A stretch of 64,000 nucleotides of DNA from assembly GCA_002633005.1 (NCBI GenBank), contig NMRA01000193.1:128641-192640 (forward strand). Direction: 5' to 3'. A model generated the notes under the pieces. That model did no database searches. It was not told the origin of the DNA and saw only the letters and a program-made list of their open reading frames with translations. Source of the DNA: Phoronis australis (Eukaryota > Animalia > Phoronida). Made by a program: the position numbers and the translations under genes. This document shows positions 36,701-51,000 of the stretch, one piece after another (the stretch's first letter is position 1; the number at the start of each line of letters is the position of its first letter).

Positions 36701-39700
36701 CAGCTGACTGTCATTAACATGCAGTCCATCCTACACAGGATCATTTAGTTGTGCATTAGTGGGTGATACGCCTGGCAGGTGCTTAGAGTGAAAATACAAT
36801 AATTAAAGATAAATCAAAGGTAGTTTGAGCAAGAAATTACGAGATTATAGAATACTTAAAGTGTTGAAATTAAGATACTCGAATTTTCGTCACAAGTTAA
36901 AACAAAGTGCAAAATGATATAAATTGATTAAGTGGTAAGGTTTTCAAGTGAAATACAAACATACAACATACGATTTTGCCTCGGTGGACAGTGGATTTTA
37001 ATAATTTAAAAGATAGTTACCCAGTGAGTGTTTTATCGTTCTACGAAAATAGGGCAAAAACATAACCATAGACAGAGACACATGTTGAACGATAACGCAA
37101 TAAGCTAAAGTCAACAGAAACAAAAATTAGGTCGTCTCTCGTCCCTTGCTGGCAGTTTGCATTTAGTTATATCCTCCAGGATTTTTATTTTAATTATGAT
37201 CGTGGTTTCCTTGGGTCATATAAACCCAAAAATGACAACACGATGGTCCCATGATTAGAAACCCGAGAAGCAGTATATCTACCGAATCGCATTTGATTCA
37301 AGTTACATCACTGGCGAAAAAAAAATCTTTTTTTTCTTATGCAGTCGAAGAGTGGAATCCGCGCACCTGAACTTCTCGCGTCGCAGCAAAAGGTTCTGTT
37401 GTAAGTTAATTGGTCACCAATCTTGATTTTTAACAATTTTCTGGCAGACAACGCTGAGGAATCGACGATTTGTAATAAAATCACGAAAAACACAGCGGCT
37501 GTTTCTCCTGTCAAAGCTAGTAACTTCAAAAAGTCTTTACCACTCCGCTACGATGATCCCCAGAATTCAGCCGTAAAAACGTTAACATATACCATCATGA
37601 GTATAGGAAGAAACATTAAGAATAGTGTGTGTGAAGCGCCGAATTTGTGGAGAGAGATAAACCACAACGTCACATTTACATGTTAAGCTAGTTATTATGA
37701 CAAAACAATACATAGACACGTTTCGTTAATACTTGAACATTGGCCGCACACAATGTCGTATCCTAATTCCCACCTCCAATTCACAGAGATCCCTCTCGAT
37801 CACAACCCCTCTCCCACAAGTTGCCGCAACGACAACGCCACTACCACGGCCACAACGATAGAACCCACAACCACCTTCGAGATCACCATTCCCACACATC
37901 TTCTGGAACCCGAAATTAATGAGGATTATTTAAGATCCACTGCTGGTGGATTTAAAGTGGCAGAAATTGTAAGTTTGGCTCATAAAAATGTCATCGAAAG
38001 AGACGACACCTTGCTCAGCGTAAAATTTAAACCAGGTAGTCACGACATCTCAGTTAATGACAGACATTCAGACCAAGAACGTGCAACATAATTTTCCGCG
38101 AAACACATAATTTATCCTCGGTTCCCTGAAAAATGATATTTCACTCGTTAAATACATTTATGTGAGAATATGGACTCGTCCCACTTATACCCCCATCTTT
38201 CATACTGGTCCATTTATCCCTTGTGTGGATTCGCATGCGGTCCTTCTGCACTCGAGGCACTAGGACATTCCATTTCCAGCCTCACTATTGGTTCGTTTGT
38301 GTTACTGCCACGAGTTTGGTCAGCACCTGGCTCCCATAGGCTGATGATTGTCACGTGTCATAGGGCTCCTTTGTTCTCAGTAAAGTTATATTTCCTGCCG
38401 TCAGTACTTCGCTTTAGCAGCACTTAGGTTCGAGTCTCATCTCTCTTCAATTTTTTCCACCCTCTCCTTTCGGTGGTTCCTCTTACCTGAGTGCTGGCGC
38501 TTTTTATTGCCCATCTTTCCAGAGATTATTACTTTATCTTTTTGTTATTTGTACACTCATATTTCTGTACCTTAAATGACCTTATATCGTCTATACACGA
38601 TCTCCTTTGTATCTCTGGAAACGGAGCTTGCGACGCACCTATTATTTTCGGGACATATTTCGAATATAAATAAACTTAACATTGCAAAAGTAGTACAAGA
38701 AAGACGCCATTTTTTCGAGTTCATTGTCAGAGTAGATGTCTTGGGAATTTAGGCTTGAGTAATATTACTCCTTACAACAAATGTTGGCGTTGAGTTCCGT
38801 GGACGCAAGAATCTCGCGAAGGAAACTAATGTGATCACTAATGCTTGGCTTCTAATACATAGAGCAAAACGTACCGAGAGTGGCGTAGATGAAATAGGTT
38901 TTATCCCATACGCGTTGAATCAGTCGAGAACAATACGGCCGTGTGATATTGTATACTAAGAAAGAATTAAGTGTCATCTAGTTAACAGTTTTGTACCAGA
39001 TGTTACGTTTGGGACCTGATTGCATATTGAGTGTTATTTATACTGCTGCATTTTTACTACTTTAAACTATTTTGGGAAAGTTTGATCGGCTAACGACGTC
39101 GAGTCGACATTGACTTTCCTGTTGAACTTTACATGCCAGAGAGCACAGTTAGAGTAGCACCGGGGGGAATACAGAAAACAACATCTCCGTATTACATTCG
39201 ACCAGGAAGAGATCTCTTCCTGATTCGACTGATTCAACGCGTATGAGATAAACGCTCTGGCTGAGTTCCGCAGTCATAGCAAGAATCACGCGAATTACGC
39301 TAGTGTGGTCACGTGCTTCTCTTACAGTGGGATGTCTCGGAACGCACGCCAGGTGGGATACCCTTTGCTTCATCAATCATTTCTGTTCACGCATTTTTGT
39401 GAACGTCACATTGAATGGCCTTAGCACGCCACAGTGCTCATTACGGTTCCCAGTGACAGTTGTTCTGGGGATTGTTTCTCGAAGAGTTTATTGTCTTTTG
39501 GCAAAAAATCAGTTTACGGATGCCTTAGCCTTTTCACGAAATCGGACCAAAGCTAAAAGTCATCTGTCCGCAACTCTAACTAAAAGACAGAAACCTTTAG
39601 TCTGCTCTAGAGCAGACTAAAAGCCAAAGCCAAAACCCAAAAAAATAAAATTTTGGCTATAGACTTTTCGAGAAACAAGTCATGGAATTGGACCGCGGCC

Positions 39701-41470
39701 ACTGCGAGTTTCCCGTGCGACAAAACCACAAAACTCACCCAGCCGGAACGACACCTCCGAGATAAGACTTCGCTAGAAATGCCATGGAGGCTAAATTTTG
39801 CCAGGAATGCAGCCGTTAGCAAAAATAAACTGCTAATGGTAGACTATACAGGGAAGCACTCCAACTGACTTACAGACGGATGCCGAATGTTTTTCACCCG
39901 GTGCACAATAATTTGCCTTGTTTAGTGTTGAATGCGATTCTTTTCAGATTCTTGATGTAACCATCCTAATATGCGCTGCCGTGTGGGGTGGCGTCGGCGG
40001 TTGGGTTGTGTTCGTCGCCATCGCAGCCTTCATTAACACCGCAATGATGTTCATTTTCCACTGTCTAAATCTGTTTAATCGATATACCGGAATGTTCTTT
40101 GTAGTGAGTATCTTCGCAGCTTCTTTGTACGTCACACTAGTAAAAGTATTCTTAATCGTATAAACAGATTATTACTTAGATGGTCGACAGAGACTAATGA
40201 GAAGAGTTGGTCATATATTAATAGATTATTTCAAAATCGCAGCACATATCATTAATATTCCATGCAAGTTTTTACACAGTACGACTGACAACCAGCAGGG
40301 CTAGAAATCAAATTTTCGAATTTCTGATATATCCCGCAGGTACAAACCAAACTTTGATGACATGGGAAATTTTGAGACGATTTTTGAAGATTCATTCCCC
40401 CTATTTCGCAATGTTAAAGTTCAGGCCGAATAAAAGGAAGGAAGGGAAAAAACAGCACTTAACATAATTATGACCCATCATTTTGCCGAGTAAATTGAAA
40501 GAAACGGCGATGTCAGTGACGTAATTTTCCATCATACTTCTGTTAGCATTGCTATGTGTGCAATAACAACCTCTTCATTTGATAATCATCCTCCATTTCA
40601 GGAATTCGTCACATATATCGTCATATCGTTGCTTTTCTTAGTCAGCGCCATTCTATCAGTTGTGTACTGCGTCAAGTACGGACTACCCTCTATAATTGCC
40701 ACATGCGTGAGTATGAATTTTCCCCCCAAACGAAAAGTCTTGACAAAAAAACCGTGGTGTAACCTTAGTGAAAATTAAGTAGCACCAATAGTTGCATAAC
40801 AAATTTAAAGCGGCAATAAACCAGCCTTCCATCACAAAAAACGACTTTTGATTTAGACCACCAGCTGCTACGAAATTAACTTCTCAGTAAAATGGGAAAA
40901 TTAATGATTTCAAGTCGTCTAACAGTTCGTTATAGCTAGAGACCAGGCTCGTCAAGTTAGCTTGTCGCGGTGTATCATTTTATGCGCTGAGCACAGCCTC
41001 ATGGAATAACGAACGGGCAATTCTATGCGAGGAGAATTCACTTCTCATAAGGAAAAAAGAGACCAACTTTACAGCATTTGCAATGGTCTAAATACCAAGT
41101 TCGTTTCTTGGACAGAACGTTTTACTAATCCGAGCATTTGGCAAAGTGTGCTATTCAGTTCCTATTTAGCGTTACAACCAAAGCAACCGACTTCTATATT
41201 GACGAGAATTAGTTTGGCTGCGTTTCGCGCATCTGTCGACTAGCTGGTGTATGTACCTTTAAGCATCATCATTTTTAAATCACAAAAACACAATGATTGT
41301 TAACTCTTGCGTGTTTGTCTCAAGTTAACCACACCCACTTATTTTCGTTTCAGTTATTCACCATAGCGGCCATGGTCGTCTACACTACGGACACCTATAT
41401 GCATTATATTGGGTGGAAACAAACAAGGTCAGCCACTTACTCCACTACCCACCAAGCTAGTAGTTTATAA
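33760..41470 (+). CDS. MARVEL-domain four-TM protein (plasmolipin/CMTM-like), isoform using first exon 33760-33864
   Basis: Exons 33760-33864 (MSNQE...DPGYIRSISGILKIIEI), 39948-40103, 40602-40706 and 41354-41470 are all phase 0 with canonical sites. The product has four hydrophobic segments and the MARVEL N-terminal Y-x-R-S-x-x-G-x-L-K-x-x-E motif. Confidence 0.85.
35625..35993. repeat. Palindromic MITE with TACCGT...ACGGTA ends
   Basis: ACGCACGAGCAT...CGAACCTATGAATCAT pairs with ATGATTCATAGGTTCG...ATGCTCGTGCGT. Confidence 0.7.
36123..36390 (-). mobile_element. MITE with 5-bp TSD AGATG (same family as 27345-27695)
   Basis: CATAGCCGGATTTAAGG...CCTAGATCAGCCACTG with AGATG on both flanks. Confidence 0.8.
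37753..37968 (+). CDS. Alternative N-terminal coding exon of the MARVEL gene (Thr-rich, ends NEDYLRSTAGGFKVAEI)
   Basis: Ends at an ATT|gtaagt donor in phase 0, at the same motif position as exon 33760-33864. It starts either at ATG 37753 or at the cag acceptor at 37786. Confidence 0.75.
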
Positions 41471-41674
41471 GGGCTGGGGCTAACCTTGGGGACGCACCCG
41501 AGACAAGCGTGTGACGGACAGTGGCTGTGTGCCCAGCTTTCATTCAGGCTCGCTTGCAACCCCTAATATATCTATCAAAACCTAGCACGCACGGCAAGAA
41601 TGACGAACGAAAAAGGAGAAGGAAACGCAGATGGACCAAGCCACGTGACTCCTTAAAACTGTTTTGAGGTGGAG

Positions 41675-42111
41675 ATGTAGTAATGCTGTGCGTGAACTTG
41701 GAAACTTGCTTCATCTCAAGACCGCGTATGCGTGAACTTGGAATACACGAGAAAACATGACAATTTCACTCAAATAATCACGTTTACCTTGACAAAAATT
41801 TGCACTGCAATAATTAAATGTAATTGCATGTTGATAAAATAACGTAAATTTTAAAAAAATCCCTTTTCAACTATTGACTATCTTATTCACCAAAGCATAA
41901 TTGATTTAACAATTCCCATATTCCTCAGATTCTTTGACACAAGTTACGCTGAAGGAGAAAATAGGTGATCATAAGGCCAATACATACAAAAATTCTTCAC
42001 ACTGAACAAAAAATTCACCCGATTGCTCGAATGAATATTCAATTCCAAGTTCACACCATACGCGATCTTGAGATTAAGCTGAATTCCAAGTTAACGCACA
42101 GCAGTAACATC
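41675..42111. mobile_element. MITE with TIRs of about 70 bp, just downstream of the MARVEL stop codon
   Basis: GCTGTGCGTGAACTTGGAA...TCTCAAGACCGCGTATG pairs with CATACGCGATCTTGAGA...TTCCAAGTTAACGCACAGC. Confidence 0.75.
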
Positions 42112-44619
42112 ATGTCTGAAATCTATTGGTCTATTTAAACCAGCCTATGATACCGGCACGACGTTTCAGTCAGACATTTATCCGGCTAACTCCAGGTGTC
42201 ACTGCATTCTCAGAACTGAAAAGCGTATCAGGTCGATGTTTTGGTCAACCAACTGTGAGCTTATGGTCAACTGAGTTACCGATACGCACTCTTTTTGAGA
42301 ACGATAATGTAAAGACACAGCAGCACCCCCGCGAAGGTGCTATCCAAAATCAACCAAGAGCGTGTGTGGCCATGTTACTTGACATTGTGCAGTGTTTTGT
42401 TTGGTCTTGGATAGTACAGTCATCGCTTGTCACTACGCAATCTCCAACCGAGTGGAACTGTGCTGGGATGACACTACACGACCGCAACCTTTTGAGGGCA
42501 GGCGCATAGTGAGCCATCGGCAAGAAACGTGGCGACATTTGTAAACGTATTGCTTCCCTTAAACTATGTACTCGTCAATCGATCAAAGTCTCCATTTCAA
42601 AACTAGGGGCCTTACATACACATTCAAACTCGTTTGAAAACCTGGCCCACTAACCATAGCGTTTCACACTATGCCCTGGCATTTTGGGCTGCAAAGGGAA
42701 GTAGATAGCTCCAGTTCTAATTCATACAGGTGTCGAGTTAGCTGCAGACAATTTAGAAGGAAGAGGTCAAAACTAAGCTTGAACAAAATAAACTCTTACA
42801 GCTTGTAGGGAATACAATGTAAAAACTTCCACGGGCTCTAGAAATCCTGATTTACACACAAGTAAAAAGGAGTATTATCGTGGTTAAAAAGATTGTCTAC
42901 ATATACCAATGAAGAATTATCTATTGTTTAAACACAATAAATAACTGCACCAAACTAGTCTCGCAATTTTTCTTGTCATAATAATAGCATCGAAACTGAT
43001 TGCAATATCACTTGACTGTGATAAAGCTGGCCAGTGTTGAAAGTTTAACCTTATAGACAACCTGTTTACTTGCTAGTCACCTCAATAACCAACAATGGGA
43101 TGTGAAGCATTTCTGTTACAGTTTGAATATATTTTACGTGGCTGAGTAACCAAGTTCATAATGTTCATCTTACTAGGCGGTCAGAATGAACACTCTGTTC
43201 AAAGTAACTCATTGACATGTACCACACCAACATTTATACATTTCTTATATTCGTAACTTTGATCTAAATGTAGACTCGTGTAAATTCATGGTTAGTGGAG
43301 TCAGAGAACAAAGTTCAACAAGTAACCATGTTTTTATTGCTTAAATGCCTTGTACATTGCAATTAAATGTGTAGGTGCGTAGACTTGGCTAGGACCATGT
43401 TAAAGCCACGATGTAGTATACACGAAAATAGAAGCCATGCAGTAACGGTGGTCTCGAGCTGCTTAACTTAACTGAAGTTATTTATACACCATGTGCATTT
43501 CAATTCATGTTAAGAAATGAATAACACTTCATATAAATAGAGCACTGCATACCACAAAAATACAGATATATGTACAGCGCATTCAGAAACATTCACTGCA
43601 AGAAAATGATTCAGTGTGACACCATCTTGAAAACCAATAACTTAAAGTGACAGATGGCCTTCATATTTAACTTAATAAACTCATTCAAAAAGAAACCATG
43701 GAAAAGTAAGTGAAATAAGTGACTCAACGGAGATATGCGGAACAGTAATTAATTGTCAAAGTGAGCACTTAGATTAAACTTACATTGAGCACTACATTGG
43801 TAGGTCAGTAATGGACAATTGCCAAGTGAGATAAAATAGTGAAGTGACTTCTTTTTAAGGAAAAATAACAGTAATGAGCTTCATTAAAATCATAGTAAAC
43901 AAGATAATCTTAATTTATGTTATTTCATGACCTCATTTTTTGTAAGGAGATCCAATATGCGACACTCGCTGTAGTATGAAACGAGATGTCACACGATAAT
44001 AGTTGTACTACCTAAACATTGCTCGATGCAGCTTCAAATCACTTAAGTACACAATCCAATTCCTTTTTGTTGAGTGTGTTTCCTTATGAAACTAAACATC
44101 ATTACTTCCAAAAAAACTGTAAAGTGGCTATAAACGTGTGATCTGTCAAAGAAACTAACTTCTAATTTCGACCTCTCACTGCTTTAGAACTTATCTCAAT
44201 ATAACATGTTCTTTACTCAGATGAAAAATAATAGTGGTCTTGCAAAGAACAGACAGTTCATTGTACTTAGAAATCATAATTGATGAATAAAATGTTACAC
44301 TGAGATAAGTCAACACATAGAGACTGGTCTCAAGTGATAACAAACTGTTGGTTCTCTTCAATTTTGACTAAGGAACAATTTGAGACTAATTTTGTAACCG
44401 TAAGTGGTCTAAATCAAAAATTGATTAATGTGACAGGAGAAGTCATAGCTGCTTTAAATGTCATGGGCCATAACTTTAGAATAGTCAGATACAATATGCC
44501 TCTTCCAGACACCAGCAGCATTTAATTTTGATCAGTGCTATCAAAGGCATCTGAGACATCAACAAATTCATCCAGTGTTTTTGATTCAAACCATAGAACT
44601 GGATAAGTAAAACCAGGGC

Positions 44620-44990
44620 CCAGGGTCTAATATCCGAACTCAAACACAAACCCCAAACTATTTTTGTAGATATTTTCTGTTCTACTTAAACATTATTATT
44701 CTGTGCTCAAGTACATTATGGTTTACGTGGATGACGGTCTAGTCCTAGTTCCCATACAATGACCCCAGCATTAAACCTATGGGATGAAGAGTACAAAACT
44801 TCGATTTTGAACTCAAGTTTGTAGCTCAAATCTAGGTGACTTCATCAAGTGTGAACTTGGACTACAAATTCATGCGTAAACGACAATATACTCTAACTTA
44901 CGACAGACAATCTTAAATTTGTTCTATTAAAAGAACAACAGAAGACCTCAAGAACAATTTTGAGTTTGAGCTCAGAGATTAGACCCCAGG
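44620..44990. mobile_element. PIF/Harbinger-like MITE (related copy near 34912-35315)
   Basis: Ends GGGTCTAATATCCGAACTCAAAC and GTTTGAGCTCAGAGATTAGACCC with CAG/CTG flanks. Confidence 0.5.
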
Positions 44991-45040
44991 CGAGTTCCCA
45001 AAGTTTAGACATATTTACAGTCGCAGTACTAACTTTACTG

Positions 45041-48000
45041 TTAGTCCTGTTTGCTTTCCAATGAGAACGGGGGTATCCTGCAGTCGAAACAGCTTCCATC
45101 TTGTTTTTCCATTTTAAAAGTTCCCCTGAAAAGAAAACAGAGTAACTGTATTCAGCTAAATATCATCGGACAACATGCTGCATTGTCACATATCCCAAAG
45201 AAGAAGAATGTGTGCCATCTGCCATGTCCCGTCTTCACCAAACCCTGTTTCTTTTCCAACTGTTATGCCAAGACTTTGTTTTACTTATTTAGTAGTGTAT
45301 CAAATGAAATTTGGTCGTGTTATTGAGACCTTTGTTTTGCTATGAATGTAATTAAAATACAGACTTGTAGAAAAGGTCCTACATAACCTTAAAACTATCA
45401 ACTGGAGGTTCCCTCAGCAGAACCAAGCTCAAAAAAGAAGGGAGCCTACAAGACCCCAGACTTTTTTCAGCAACAGCTCGTCAAAGAGGAGAATTGTGCC
45501 AAAGACCTCATGGTCGTATTCCTAGGGCTTTGATCACTACGGTATTGGATACAGTCTTCATCATTTTAAAAGTTTTAGTCACAAACAGCATCCACATCTC
45601 CTGAGTCACCCATTCTTATTCTAAGTTGAAAGATGATTTTGAGCAGTAAGAAAAATCTTGCTTCGCATTTTCAGGAGTAAAGATGAAGAAGTTGTTAACA
45701 CAGCAGAACAGCCTGTTAAACCATTATAGGCGACCATAAAGTAGGGCAAAAGAAGATAACTAGATGGACAAACAGTCATCTTAGTGCTACTGACGCCGAT
45801 AGCACTCAACTCGTACCATGGTTATGCTAACAAGAAAGTCTCTTATCATTGAACACATGTGAATATGGGTAATACATAATTCTTATAGCAAAACTGAGTG
45901 ACCGGTTTTCAGAAAAATAGCAGCATCCATGTTATGGTTTCAATGCAATACTCACTTTGTTCAAAAATGACTTGGAATGCAGAATAACCAGGAGGAATTT
46001 GTGGAAATTCCATGAAAATATGAGGAAATTACACAAAATACGGGAAATTCCCCAAAATACACGGAAACTGCACGAAAATACGCATTCTGCAAATGTGTAA
46101 CATTACACGCTGACTAGCAGGACTTCCACAGCTGCATGTGGAATGTCTTCAATCAGAGCGTAATATTCTGCATGGAAAAAAATGAATTGCTAATTAAGAA
46201 AATACAAGCTGAATAAAAAAGTAACACTATAAACATATTTAGGGCAAGGTATAGATTTGTTTCAAATCATTTTTATGGCCCAGAGTGGATATAAAAATGT
46301 GCAGAGCCATTCCACCCACTTTGAGACTATATAAGAAAGTCGTATTTGAAAAAAGATTTGCCTTATTGGTAAAAAACATTGGTTGACCACTTTTGGTGCC
46401 TCTGCAATTATGCCTTTCAGATTGGCTGGCAAACTACGCATACTGTACAGATTTTTTTTTATAATATTACCCCATCTGCAGAACTTTTACAATATAAAAG
46501 CTTCTGAACAAACACTACTGCCATGATTCCTCATCTTAGATCTTAGTGGGATTTTACTTTCAAAATTTTCAGTAAACATAAACACTATTCAAAATCAACT
46601 TTTACTATTTTTTACTGTTCTTCCGCCGTCATGAAACCACACAATTTCAACTATTCTTAGCACGGTAGTCAGCCCTTGAAAAGAGGAAAGCGATAATCTT
46701 GGCGAATACTCTTATGCAAAATAACAGGAGGATAACCATACCACATATGGCCACTGGGTGCTTGTAAGGAGACGTGACTACTGTACTGGAAGGCTGGATG
46801 GCTCCTCGAAAGGACTGGCTCCTGTAAAATAATAGCATAATATGTGCTTTAAAAATTGTTAAAAATAATTCCAGGTGGTCTGGTACATGCTGTCTCAGAT
46901 GTGTACAGGCCACGCATGTGGGCCTTCTGCAGTGATCACCTGGAACCATTTAATGCTTTGTTAATTATTATACATGATAGTTAAAACTGAGGTGAGGAGC
47001 TAGAGACCTGACTAAAGGGTGCAGCAGTGTGCCCCAGGAAAACTGGAGTCCATGACTTTGAGTAAAGGAAGTGGACACTTATCCCACTGGGCCACACTGG
47101 CCTCCTCTAAACAGTAAAGTTTAAACTATCTTCTCAACTTACAACAGAACTGTGATTTGAAGGCGCCATTCAGGAGGCGTCTACCTTCTATTACATTGCA
47201 GATCACAAGAAACAGAAGTAAATGGGTTCACAATCACATGTATGCATCCATTAATAACTGACAAGTTCACATTCGTACTGATATAAGAGAAACACTCTTC
47301 ACGTACTTTCGCGGACTGCTCTGGCATAATTCTCAAGCACAATATATTATTCCTTGCCTTTTTGAAGTAAAAGATTACATGTGGTTGATTTACTTTAGAA
47401 TACACTCAAAGCAGTACAAGTTATACATATGAGCTTGCTTGCAGAAGCACATCTTCGAATTAAGATAAAAGAAGTTTAAGATGTTTTGAAAATTATTTAC
47501 TACAAAAGTGCTATCTACGCCATCTAGGGAAATCATGGAAAACTAGAAGCAATAGCTGCCCTTATTTTAGACATTGAATTATTACTTCTGACAGATGCAA
47601 AGTCAAAACAAAACAAAACTAACCATAAAACATACATTCTAATGTAAGTCTTATTGCTTGTGCACATGGAAGGGGTGTGCAGTAACACTTAAAACTTCGG
47701 CCAGTATGCTAGGTTAACGTTTACGTGACCAAGAAAAAGAAATTACTGTAAAAGTTTTTCAGTTTGGCCTGCCTCTAAAATTTACGACACCAAAATTTAA
47801 TTACCTTCATTCCGAAGATTGAGTTATTTGTGATTTTGACATATATTGAACATTGCATTTTGTGTCAACACTCTGAAAATAAGACTTTTTAGCCGTTGTA
47901 ACATCATCGAAAATAAGACACTGACACGTTTTCACATGTTCACATTGTACGCAATATCAAGGTGAATGTTTGTCATTGACTGTACTTCTTCAATTTAGGA

Positions 48001-51000
48001 TGTCAAATATTGCCCATTTCAAAAATTTGGTACAAGTTCCAACCTTAAAGCCTATCTTAAACGGTAATATCAGTAAAATTAATTTGGTTCCTACAGTATG
48101 TTAAGAGCATCGCTCTGAGTCCACTAGTGTCATAAATTGTCAAATATAATGAACTGTTAGGCGTATTAGCTTGCTTTTGCCTACGTCATCACGAGAATCA
48201 CCTTTTAATTCAAACAGGTGCGAATAACACCCGCACGCAATGGTATCCTATTCAGACCCCTATTCAATAAAACTGTTATCAGTCTTTTGCTGCTTTGCCT
48301 GGGATCTTGCCGTGACACAATATGGCACGAAAAGGCAGCTTCACCAATCATTTGATGAGCTTATATTTGCACGACTGAATTTGCGTTTTTTTATTTTGCT
48401 AAGGCTTTGCTAGGAGTATCTGCTTAGCCCAATACATTTATAGTAACAAAATTACGTTGAAGTTGGGCTTTAAGCAAAATAATTAATTTTTCACTGTCCC
48501 AAACTGGAGAATTTTTACAGTATGTAGTGTAAAGTGTGATCTTTCATTAATGTCACCACTGACTGATGATGAAGTCATCACCCCTTGGTCTCCACACTAC
48601 TTTAAATACCTGTCCCACTACACCGCGTCCACGCACAGACTCCAGCGTGCCAGACAAACTGAATATCTTCCAGTGCCTTTCTCGTAATTGCACAGTTTCA
48701 TCAGCTAAGTTTTCGAGTCGGATACAATATCTCCACTGGAAATGATCAATTAATCAATTACTACAAAGTTTGCAAAGCCAAGTGTATTTCTTCAGAGTAA
48801 CTGTATGAACATGCACATAAAAAGCACATCTAAGTAAAACATTTGCTGTAGCACACATAATGACACAATGCTATTTAGATTTGTAGCATAAGTCACAATT
48901 AACATTCGGTGAGACAAAAACCTCTTGCTCTTAAGCAAACGCGTGAAACACAAAATGTCATCGCCAGATTAGCCTTTTCAATACATGATCAACAAAACAA
49001 TGAATACAAGTTGAATAAAGGGTTGATTTATCCTGTTTGTGACAACACGTCATCAAGAACCTCAGCTTATGAAGCATTTCTAGTACTCACCCAATACACT
49101 TGAGTCTGTTGAGCATCCTGAAATATACCAACGCTAGTTTAAATAATTTAAACAGAATAACTTATTAATAAGCAAATCAATAACAAGAATTATTTTTAGA
49201 ATAGTCTCTCCAAACTATGACAAGTAAAATTAGCCTTATTCTGATTAGAATTAATGGAAGTTTGAAACAAATTTGGCGGTTTACAAAAAGCGATTCTTGT
49301 CTTATGAATGGGCTTTTAAGAATTATTAAAGCCTTTACTTTGTTGGCGTTACAAATTTCTGTGAGTAACATCACAACTTCACAAATGACTTTTTGTCACA
49401 TAGTTTGTGCACTTAGAAACATATTACCCTTGATCCCATGTAAAACGGTATGACTGTGACCCTGACATTTTCCGAGGTTTCCTTGTGAACAGTAGACAGC
49501 TCTAACCATGGATGGTTCTTCTCTTGCCACGCATTCAGCGTCTCTCTCGGAACAAACTGCCGAGCTGTCAGTAAATGCAAATACTTCATGTATCGTCAGA
49601 TGCACGATGTAGTGTGAGGTTCTTTGGTAGCCCCACTAACAAAGAACTATGATGTAATAAACAAGCGTGGTACTATCTATAAGTAACTGAAGACAATAAC
49701 AGACCACATTTAACACTCAGATCCACAGTTTTTCGGGAATAGTCACTTACAGGGGTACCAAATTTTGAGAACCAGTTTGATGCTTGTTATTCAGTGGAGA
49801 AAACTGGTTCTGTGGACCAGTGTAAGTGACTACTACCATTTTTCAAGTATCTTTTTAAATACTGCTGTAAAGTGTCCTGGAATTTTTAACAAAAATAATT
49901 GTCAAAATTGTCATTTTCCATGTTTCGAAAACTTGCTACATTGCTAAACATGTCCAAAATGTCCTTTACATACTTGTTGAAGATAGCCGTACAATATAAA
50001 GTGTACAAATTATGAAGTAAAGTTGTCTTCTTGTTTATTTTAGCTGAAAAGTTCCAACAATAAAAGTTCACTGTTTCACCATGCTGTGTTCTAAATTAAA
50101 GAGACTCTGCCATGACTGCAAATCCATAAACTGAACTTTTATTCAAATCCTTTATGATCACAGATTCATATCATGTACATGAAACAATGATTGAACATCT
50201 GTTACCCTTGGAAACAAAACCAACTTAAAACTAGATGCAGCTTGCAAAGAAAGCAGACACTGAAAATCTACAAGGTTGGTAAGCTTTAACTGGAGACGGC
50301 ACCTGTAATTGCATTCACACACGAATGTTTCAAAGAGGCAAGTTTAAAAATAAAAATGTTTGGCAACAACTTCTTTGATACCAAGTTTCAGTTTAGCTCC
50401 AAATTAGCTAAAACCCCACCATGTATTGTGACCAGTCAACCCCGTCATGTATTGTGACCAGTCAACCCCGCCATGTATTGTGACCAGTCAACCCCGCCAT
50501 GTATTGTGACCAGTCAATCCCACCATGTATTGTGACCAGTCAACCTCGCCATGTATTGTGACCAGTTAACCCCACCATGTATTGTGACCAGTCAATCCCA
50601 CCATGTATTGTGACCAGTCAACCCCACCATGTATTGTGACCAGTCAATCCCAACATGACATTACTGTAACCTGAACGTTCTTGCCATTCGTTAACTGTCT
50701 TCCGCTTAAAGTCAATGGGGAACTCAAAATTCACCAGGTGCTGCAAGTGAAACAAGGGACCTTTCTGTAGAAATGCATCCACTCAGGTAATCCCGTGGGT
50801 CATCACACAAATGACCCAACACTGATGAGCTACTTTCTGCCCTCAATCAATTCAGATATGAAACAGAGGGACTTTGATTATTAGAACCAGCTAATGAATA
50901 CCAAGTCACACATAGACTTACAATTATGTTCTGTGGTGGGGTTTGGTGCGAGAAATTTGTCGAATAACTCGTGCTGTATGGGGTTCTCTTCAGCACTGAT

